Part shown: piece after piece, positions 26,915 to 36,800 of the stretch
Numbering within the stretch: position 1 is the first letter of the stretch
Layout of the letters: each line of letters starts with the position of its first letter
IMG/VR virus record: IMGVR_UViG_3300042673_000041
Span: 1-38,155 of that record
From: a virus
Taxonomy: Duplodnaviria; Caudoviricetes
Reading direction: 5' to 3' (one strand)
DNA length: 38,155 bases
Program-made: the position numbers and the translations under genes
The notes under the pieces: generated by a model
Database searches by the model: none
What the model saw: the letters and a program-made list of their open reading frames with translations, nothing else
What the model was told of the DNA's origin: nothing

Positions 26915-27814
26915 TTATTTAAAATTTAGAGGTATTGATGCGAAATTTGATAAACCGGTACAATTATTAAATGCATCAGTTCCAGATGGTGTTGGAGTTC
27001 TATTCCACAATTCAGGAGCAGTTCCAGCTAATGCGTTTGTAGTAGAACTCATATTATAAACATTATTAAATGTAGATACACTTAAATTATTTGTAAATTG
27101 TAAAACATTACCTAATGCTCTACAATTTCTAAACGTTGATGAAAAGGATGTTACGTTTGGACAATTATCAAATAATGTGGATGGTACAGAACTTAAAGAT
27201 GTACAGTTGAAAAAACAAGATGCAAACGTAGTTGCATTTATAACTTCATCAAATAAACCAGATGGTACTGTTGTAATTGGTGTACTTGAAAATGCATCCG
27301 TAAATATTGTTGCGTTTGGAGAATAATCAAAAAGGTCAGCTGGAATAGCTGTTATCCCAGTACCTCTCATAAAATATACAAAACTAAGTACTTCATCCAA
27401 TCCAGTATATCCACCAACCGCACTTAACGAAGCGCTACCAGGAATAGCTGTTAAATTATTACATCCATAAAAATTAACTGTTCGTAATCCAACGATTCCC
27501 CATTGTACTAATTCAGTAATTAAACTTCTAATTGATGCATTGTTGTTTACTACAAAACCTGGCATAAATCCACTAATAGTTATTACATAAGTACCAGCTG
27601 ATGCGTATGTATGAATTCTATCCGGAGATGTAGTTGATGTTATTAATGGCGATGATGTGCTATCTCCCCAATCTATTGTTACAGATGGAGTTAAACCTAA
27701 ATAATTAGCTAATGGCACAGTAAATTGTGTACTAGCCGATGATGTTGTTATCTTAAATACAAATGGATATACTTGTGCTGTGTCCGTTTCTACTAATCTT
27801 CTAAATATTCCCAT
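26915..27814 (-). CDS. PKD-like plus BspA-type leucine-rich-repeat protein (299 aa), candidate adhesin
   Basis: TIDWGDS...HTYASAGTYVITISG (PKD-like), followed by F.NC..L..IP..LF repeats. Confidence 0.75.
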   Translation of the reverse strand: MGIFRRLVETDTAQVYPFVFKITTSSASTQFTVPLANYLGLTPSVTIDWGDSTSSPLITSTTSPDRIHTYASAGTYVITISGFMPGFVVNNNASIRSLITELVQWGIVGLRTVNFYGCNNLTAIPGSASLSAVGGYTGLDEVLSFVYFMRGTGITAIPADLFDYSPNATIFTDAFSSTPITTVPSGLFDEVINATTFASCFFNCTSLSSVPSTLFDNCPNVTSFSSTFRNCRALGNVLQFTNNLSVSTFNNVYNMSSTTNALAGTAPELWNRTPTPSGTDAFNNCTGLSNFASIPLNFK

Positions 27815-27818
27815 ATAA

Positions 27819-30800
27819 TTAACTTAAATTTTTACCCGTTACAAATCCGTAGTATGTAGTTCCACCATTATAAGTATAGAATACCAAAACATCTACACCA
27901 GCTCCAGTTAATATTGGGGCAGTTCCACCAGCCCAATCTACCGATGCCGGCCATGTTATTGCATATGCTCCAGCATTTACAGCTACTAAAGTAAATCCAA
28001 ATGCGTTTGATGCTGGTGGATTACTAAATGTTACTGTTGCGGTTGCATTGAATTGTCTTCTAAAGTTATTAGCGGTTGATAGGTCTAAAGTAGCACTACC
28101 ACCAGCTCCCAAATCACTAAATGTTTCTCTAAATGTTGTTGAACCTACATATGTAGTTGCTGTTACTGCTCCTGTTACATTTACATCGCCAGTTTGAGTT
28201 GTACTTCCTATGATTGTTAAAGTAGAACCATTAAATGTAATATTAGCTTCTACGTTTGCTCCAACAGTTGCTACATCATATGTTAATAAACCATTATCAG
28301 TATTTCCAGCTATTGGGAATTGAGATGTACCAGACGTTCCAGATGTCATACCTGCTGGCGTTGTACCAGATGTACCAGCTAGCCCAGATGTACCAGATGT
28401 TCCAAATAATGTACCATCCAATCCAGATGTTCCCGAAGTCATACCAGGAGGTGTTGTACCAGAAGTTCCACTATTCCCAGATGTACCACTACTACCAAAT
28501 AAAGTTCCATCTTGTCCAGATGTTCCCGAAGTCATACCAGGAGGAGTTACACCCGATGTACCAGATGTACCAGATATACCTGTACCAGAAGTTCCCGAAG
28601 TACCACTACTTCCAAACATTGTACCATTTACGCCAGATGTTCCCGATGAACCCGTTGTACCAGACGAACCGCTTACTCCAGATGAACCACTTACACCACT
28701 TGAACCAGAAACACCAGACGTTCCGCTTGTACCACTACTTCCAAACATTGTACCATTAACACCAGATGAACCCGTTGTACCAGATGAACCTGTTGTACCT
28801 GCTGAACCGGTTGTTCCTGATGTACCGCTACTACCACTTACTCCAGAAGTTCCCGATGTACCAGATGTACCACTACTACCAAAGAAAGTTCCATTAAGAC
28901 CAGAAGTTCCCGATGTACCAGATGAACCACCACTACCAGAAGAACCACCGCTACCCGATGTTCCAGATGAACCCGTCGAACCAGATGTACCTGATGTTCC
29001 AGAAGAACCAGAAGTTCCACTACTTCCAAAGAATGTACCATTTAATCCGGAAGTACCTGATGTTCCAGATGTTCCAGACGAACCTCCACTTCCAGATGAA
29101 CCAGCTGAGCCAGATGACCCAGATGAACCACTTTCTCCGCTTGTACCACTACTTCCAAATAATGTACCATCCTGTCCAGATGTACCAGATGTTCCTGATG
29201 TACCACTTGAACCAGAAGTTCCCGATGTCCCAGATGTTCCAGATGTACCACTACTACCAAATAAAGTTCCGTCTAAACCAGATGTTCCAGACGTTCCAGC
29301 AGAGCCGTTAGTACCAGACGCTCCAGACGTTCCCGATGAACCAGCTGAACCAGATGTTCCACTTTGTCCGCTTGTACCACTACTACCAAATAAAGTTCCA
29401 TCTTGTCCAGATGTTCCAGATGTTCCAGATGAACCCGATGTGCCAGAAGTTCCAGCCGAACCAGCTGAGCCAGATGTTCCTGATGTTCCAGACGTTCCAC
29501 TACTTCCATTAAATGTACCATCAACACCAGATGTGCCAGACGTTCCACTACTTCCAGAAGTTCCCGAAGTACCTGAAGTTCCAGACGTACCAGATATACC
29601 ACTTGTTCCACTACTACCAAATAATGTACCATCTTGTCCAGATGTTCCAGATGTTCCAGATGAACCAGCCGTACCATTAGAACCAGAAGTTCCCGATGTA
29701 CCCGATGTTCCTGATGTTCCAGACGTTCCACTACTACCATTAAATGTGCCATCAACACCAGATGTACCAGATGTACCAGATGTACCGCTTGTTCCAGATG
29801 TACCGCTTGTACCAGATGTTCCCGATGTTCCGGATGAACCGAAGTATGTACCATCTAAACCAGATGTACCGCTTGTACCAGAAGTTCCAGATGAACCAGT
29901 AGAACCAGACGAACCTGCTGAACCAGACGAACCCGCAGAACCTGCTGAGCCAGATGTTCCAGATGTACCATTAGTTCCAGATGTTCCAGAAGTTCCCGAT
30001 GAACCAGATGTACCTGCCGAGCCATCAGTTCCAGATGTTCCACTCGTTCCAGATGTTCCGTCCGTACCAGATGTTCCCGATGAACCATTAGTTCCGGAAG
30101 TTCCAGAAGAACCAGAAGTTCCAAATGAACCCGTTGTACCAGCAGAACCATCAGTACCAGATGTTCCAGAAGAACCTGCTGAACCAGAAGTTCCATTAGT
30201 TCCAGAAGTTCCCGATGTACCAGAAGTTCCAGATGTTCCAGAAGAACCCGTTGTACCAGCAGAACCATCAGTACCAGATGTTCCCGAAGTACCACTACTT
30301 CCAGAAGTTCCCGATGTACCACCACTTCCGCTTGTGCCAGATGTTCCCGAAGTTCCAGATGAACCCGTTGTACCAGCAGAACCATCAGTACCAGATGTTC
30401 CTGAAGTTCCAGATGAACCAGATGAACCAGCCGAACCAGAAGTTCCGGATGTGCCAGAAGTTCCAGATGAACCAGTAGAACCAGATGTACCAGAAGTTCC
30501 AGATGAACCAGCTGAACCAGAAGTTCCCGATGTACCAGAAGTTCCATCTATACCAGACGTACCAGAAGAACCAGCTGAACCAGTTGAACCAGAAGTTCCT
30601 GAAGTTCCACTACTACCAGATGTGCCATCTTCTCCAGACGTACCAGATGTACCAGATGTACCAGATTGTCCATCCGAACCAGATGTACCACTACTACCGC
30701 TTGTACCACTAGTACCAGAAGTTCCAGATGTTCCAGAAGTTCCCGATGTACCAGATGAACCACCACTACCACCTGTACCAGTAGTACCACCAGAACCACT

Positions 30801-33800
30801 TGAACCAGAAGAACCAGCAGAACCACCACTACCAGCAGAGCCGGATGAACCAGACGTTCCAGATGTACCAGAAGTTCCAGACGAACCGCTACTACCAGAT
30901 GAACCCGTAGAACCAGAAGTTCCAGATGTACCAGACGAACCAGCTGAACCAGAAGTTCCAGATGTACCAGATGTTCCCGATGAACCAGATGATCCTGATG
31001 TACCTGATGTACCAGAAGAACCGGATGTACCAGATGTTCCAGAAGAACCCGATGTACCAGATGACCCAGATGTTCCAGATGAACCAGTTGACCCAGATGT
31101 TCCAGATGTTCCCGAAGTTCCACTACTACCACTTGTACCAGACGTTCCAGATGAACCAGAACTTCCAGATGTACCAGAAGAACCAGATGTTCCAGACGTA
31201 CCAGATGAACCAGATGTTCCCGATGTACCACTACTTCCAGATGTGCCAGAAGTTCCAGATGAACCGGATGTACCAGATGTTCCGCTACTTCCAGATGTAC
31301 CAGATGAACCAGAAGTTCCTGATGTACCATCTAAACCAGAAGTACCAGATGTTCCGCTACTTCCAGATGAACCAGATGAACCAGATGTTCCAGAAGTTCC
31401 ACTACTTCCAGATGAACCAGATGAACCAGTAGTACCACTACTACCACCTGTACCAGAAGAACCAACTGCTGCTGCTATATTTCTTCTTTCTAATCGTTTT
31501 GTTACACTATTCCAAATTACAACTTCTTCCGATGAACCTGTTGGTAAGTTATTTAATTGTATAGAACTATTTGCTATAACCGGTCCAGTTAAAAAACTAC
31601 TACCAGTAACACCCAAGCTACCACTAATTGTAAGTGATGCGTTTATTGTTTGGTCTGTGTTAATTTGTAAGAATGATGATGTATCAGATGATGGAGTATT
31701 TAATGCAAATAATGCATAAGATGCAGTTCTTGCAAAGGTTATACTATCCATTCCCAAAGGCCCATCAACATCAGATGATGCAACATACGATGCGGTTAAT
31801 GATGTTACTCCACCACCACCACCTAATATCGTTACCAATACACCATCCGAACCAGATGATATTACATCAACACCAGAACCAGTAAAATGAATTTTTCCTA
31901 CTTGTGCTTTTACTAATGAACTTGTTTGATATATAAATAATTCAGTACCACTACCTACACCTGCGTTTAATGCGTATGATGCGGTTAATGCGTAAGAAGA
32001 ACTTACTGCACTAAACACCGCCATTGATGATGTTTGTGAATTTCTTACAAAGTTTTGTAAATCACCTAATGCGGATAATGATGCAGAATCAAATCCAACA
32101 AGACTATTAGCAGTTCCAGCAACCTGTGCAAATGATGCTGATAATACCGTACCAATAACTCTACCACCTTCTATTGTACCACTAATCAAAGAACCACCAC
32201 TACCAATTACCACATGCCCACTTGTCAATCCACTAAATACAATTTGAATAGTATCATCATCAATTGATTTTATTGTACCTGGTAAAATTTGGTCTTCCGA
32301 ACCAGTGGCGTAAACCTGTACCATTGGATATCTAATCCCTAAATTATGTACAATAGTTAAACTACTTACATTATTAAACGATACAGTTTCAGTTAATGAA
32401 GTTTCAGGTTGAGGAATATAATGTCCTCTATTTTCATCAAATCTCAAAATATCATATTCCGCAGATGCAGTTGGTCCATTTCCTTGATATGTGTATGTAC
32501 CCAATAAACCACCACTTACTATTGGAGAATATATTTGAGTACTACCAGTTATAGTTGTTGCTCTTAAATTATCACCAACATAAAGATTTCCCCAAATAGA
32601 TGCGGATGTATTTACAACAAATCCTTTATCAGGTGAAATTGATGCCGTAAATGAGCCCGATTTCATTATAGATGTTTCAAATGCTAAATTAGCAATTGTA
32701 ATATTATATAATCCACTACCATCACCAACGAAGGTAGAACCACTTCCGTTCAATATAATATTACCACCAGTTACAAATAATCCGCCACTAACCGCTAATG
32801 ATTGTGATATACTTGCTTTTGTATTTACTACTAAACCCAAATTAGGAGAAATCACAGCTTCAACAGAACCAGATTTAATTCTATCTAATTGCAAATCTTC
32901 CAATGCATTTGCAGGAATGTTAAACAAACCACCACCATCACCTATATAAAGTGCTGCCGTAATTGGTACGTTTACATCTAATTTTGTTGGGTCTATTATT
33001 GCTCTAGCAGAACCAGATTGTATTTTATCTAATTGTAAATCTTTAAGTGCTGATGCTGGGATATTAAATAATCCCCCACCATCTCCATCATAACGAGAAG
33101 CTGTTATTGAACCACTTATGTAAACTGCTCCACTTACAATTAAACCAGCAGATGATGATGGAACAGTTTGACTTATGTTTACATATGAGTTTACTAATAA
33201 TCCAGTGTTAGGTGCTACCGATGCAGTTACAGAACCAGATGCTATTCTTGGTGCAGCTGCTGCAGCTACATTTGTTAAATTAGAACCATCTCCAAAATAT
33301 GTAAATGCTTGAATACTTCCACTAACTGAAATAGAACCAGTAAATTGAGAACCAATCCCAGAACCAGTTGCTTGTGTTTCTACTTTAAATCCAAAATTAG
33401 GAGATACGGATGCGGTTACACTTCCACTAGCAATTTTAGGAGATGCTGCAGCTACTACATTTGTAATAAAAGTACCGTCACCAATTAAAAAGTTAGATAC
33501 AATTAATGAACCACTAATTTCAACAGAACCAGTAAATTCAGAACCTATTTCAGAACCAGTCTTTGCAGTTGTTACTACAAATCGTTCACCATCTGCTACC
33601 GATGCCGTTGCAGAACCACTACCAATAAATGGAGCCGCTGCGGCTTGTACATTTGTAATAAATCTACCATCACCAAATATAAAATCTTTAACAGTTAATG
33701 AACCACTAATATCAACCGAGCCAGTAATTTGAGCTGCTACTTGTGAACCTGTTTTATCAGTTATTACTCTAAATCCATAATCAGGAGAAACAGATGCTGT

Positions 33801-36800
33801 TACTGAACCAGATTTAATTTCGGTTGAAACTAATGCATCTTCGGTTAATGCTGAACGAGGTATATTTCTTAAATAAGTACCATCTGAATATAAGAATGAA
33901 GATGATGCAATATACACACCCCCACTTACGTCATTTATAAATAAACTTCCACTAACATCAATAGAACCAGTAAATTGAGAACCAATTTGTGTAGTAAAAT
34001 ATCCGTTCTCATCAATTGAAGATGTAAATGGAGTAATAACTCTAAATCCATAATCAGGAGAAACTGATGCTGTTACTGAACCAGATTTAATTTCAGCTGA
34101 TATTAATGCATCTTCGGTTAATGCTGCTCTAGGAATTTGTCTTAAGTAAGTACCTACGGCATATAAGAATGAAGATGAATCAATTCTAATACTTCCACTA
34201 AAATCAGAACCACTCTCAAATGATTCTACTCTAAATCCAAAATCAGGAGATACAGATGCACTTACACTACCACTTGCAATACGGAATACTTCTTCCGATA
34301 ATGCTGAACGAGGTATATCAAATAAACCTTTACCACTACCGCTAAATACAGATGCTGTTACTACTCCAACTACTTTTGTATCACCAATTAATGTTATTTC
34401 AGCTGGTACATACAATGCATCTACTACATCGATTGTACCTGCCATTGATAAATGTAATTGACAGTTGTAATATAATGTATCAGGTGCACTTCCTGAAACT
34501 AAAAATGTTATTACACCAGTGTCTTCACCATTATTAGTTACCCAATAATCATATGAGTTTCCAGTACCAGTACCAGGTGTTTCTTTAATCCAAAACGGAT
34601 GTCCACTAGCATTAACATTAAAAGTATATTCTACATTTCTAACTAAAGTTAATGTTGGATTCGAACCACTTACTAATTTATTACTTATATTATAAAGACC
34701 ACTACCCTCATTTGTTACAATAAATACAGTATCTATATCAGAATTAGGCATTGCTCTTGCTGATGATGATACAATAAGGCTACCACTAATTGTAGAATAT
34801 GAATTTACTACAAATCCAGTATTAGGTGCTACCGATGCGGTTACACTACCACTAGCTATAAGCGTAGAAAGTAATGCATCCGGTGTTAAAGCTGAACGAG
34901 GTATGTTTCTTAAATAAGTACCTTCTCCATAGTATGCGGATGATGATGCTAATATTAAAGAGCCAGATGTTGCTATTATTTCTAAACTACCACTAATTGA
35001 AACACTACCAGTAAATTCAGAACCACTTATTTGTGATTGTACTCTAAATCCAAAATTTGGAGATACCGATGCGGTTACTGAACCTGATTTGATTTCTGTT
35101 GCTGTAAGTGCATCATCATTTAAGGCAGAACGAGGGATGTTTAATAATCCAGCACCACTACCACTAAAGAATGAACCAGTTGCAACTCTAATAAATCCAC
35201 CAGTTACAAATAACGAACCAGTAAACTGAGAACCACTTAGTGTAGATACTACTTTAAATCCATCTTCAGGTGATACCGATGCCGTTACACTACCACTTAC
35301 AATTCTAAATAATTCTTGCGAAAGTGCTGAGAATGGTATATTTGTTAATCCAGCACCACTACCACTAAATACAGAAGCTGATACTGAACCATAGAATCTA
35401 GATGTTGCTGTAAATACTTCAAATCCCCTATTTGGAGAAACTGATGCTGTTGCCGAACCACTAAATATTTTTGATGTATCTAAATCCGAAAGAGCTGCTA
35501 CAGGTATATCAAATAATTCTCTACCACTACCACTAAACGAGCCAGACATTAAACGGATTCCGTTATTAGCAAATATACTTCCACTAAATCTAGAACCTAA
35601 TAAAGATGATTTTACATCAAATCCAACATTAGGTGATACCGATGCTGTTACAGAACCAGATGCTATAAATGTTGTTAATAGTGCATCCGGAGTTAATGCA
35701 GTTCTAGGAATATCAAATAACCTAGCACCACTACCAGAGAAAGATGAACCAGAACTAATTTCAACGCTTCCAGAAACTCTAATACTTCCAGTAAATTCAG
35801 AACCAATAGTAGTAGCTTCAACTCTAAAACCTCTGTTTATATCCACAGATGCTGTTATAGACCCAGTTGTTATTCTAGTTGCTACTTGCGGTGGAACAGT
35901 TATATTAATTAATCTACTACCATCTCCAATAAAGAATGATGCGGTTACACTACCACTTACTGCAACTGAACCAGTAAACTGAGAACCTATTTCAGAACCA
36001 GTTACTGATGTTTCTACTTTAAATCCAACAATTGGAGATACAGAAGCTGTTACACTACCACTTGCTATTCTAAACGAATCGCCGGTGAAAGCTGAACGAG
36101 GAATATTGTATAAACCACTACCATCACCTTGAATAAACGATGAACTTATTGAACCTGTAAACTCTCTTGCTCTTACAACATCTTTTACATTTAAACTTCC
36201 ACTAATAACTTCATCACCATATATAAGAACACCACTATCTCTCTGAACTATTGCATCAACTATATTAATAGTACCAACCATAGCTGAATGCAATTGGCAC
36301 TGATAATATAACATCGATGGTGCGTTTGCAGGAACTGCGAATGTTATAACTCCTACATCATCTCCATTATTAGTTACGCCTGTTGTATATTGATTTCCAG
36401 TACCAGTACCAGGTGCTGTTTTTATATAAAATGGATGACCCGATGCGTTTAAATTAAATGTATATGTTATACCTCTTACTAAAGTTAAAGTAGGATTGTT
36501 ACCTTCAGCTGCTCCACTAAAAGTATAAAAATTAACTCCAGTATTAGTTACATTAAATACAGTTTGAATTGATTGGGAAGGTAAGTATTTTACAGATGCG
36601 GATACTATCATACTTCCAGTAAATGAAGAAAATATATTTACCTCCAATCCGTTATTTGGAGAAATTGATGCTGTTGCCGAACCACTTCTAATTCTTGTAA
36701 GGTCTAAATCTCTAAGAGCGGAAACGGGTATATCAAATAATCTAGCTCCACTTCCAGAGAAAGATGAACCGGATACTATTTCAATACCTCTAGCTCCACT

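Noticed and set aside
23624-31462. Possible CRISPR array or non-coding satellite
   Set aside because: The repeats are degenerate in-frame 9-mers with synonymous variation, with no constant repeat and unique spacer structure and no cas genes.
29440-31719. 759-aa plus-strand VPD/EPD ORF and the many overlapping MFQM/HLEH-type ORFs between 28256 and 31885
   Set aside because: Alternative-frame shadows of the 9-bp coding periodicity inside the 3419-aa gene.
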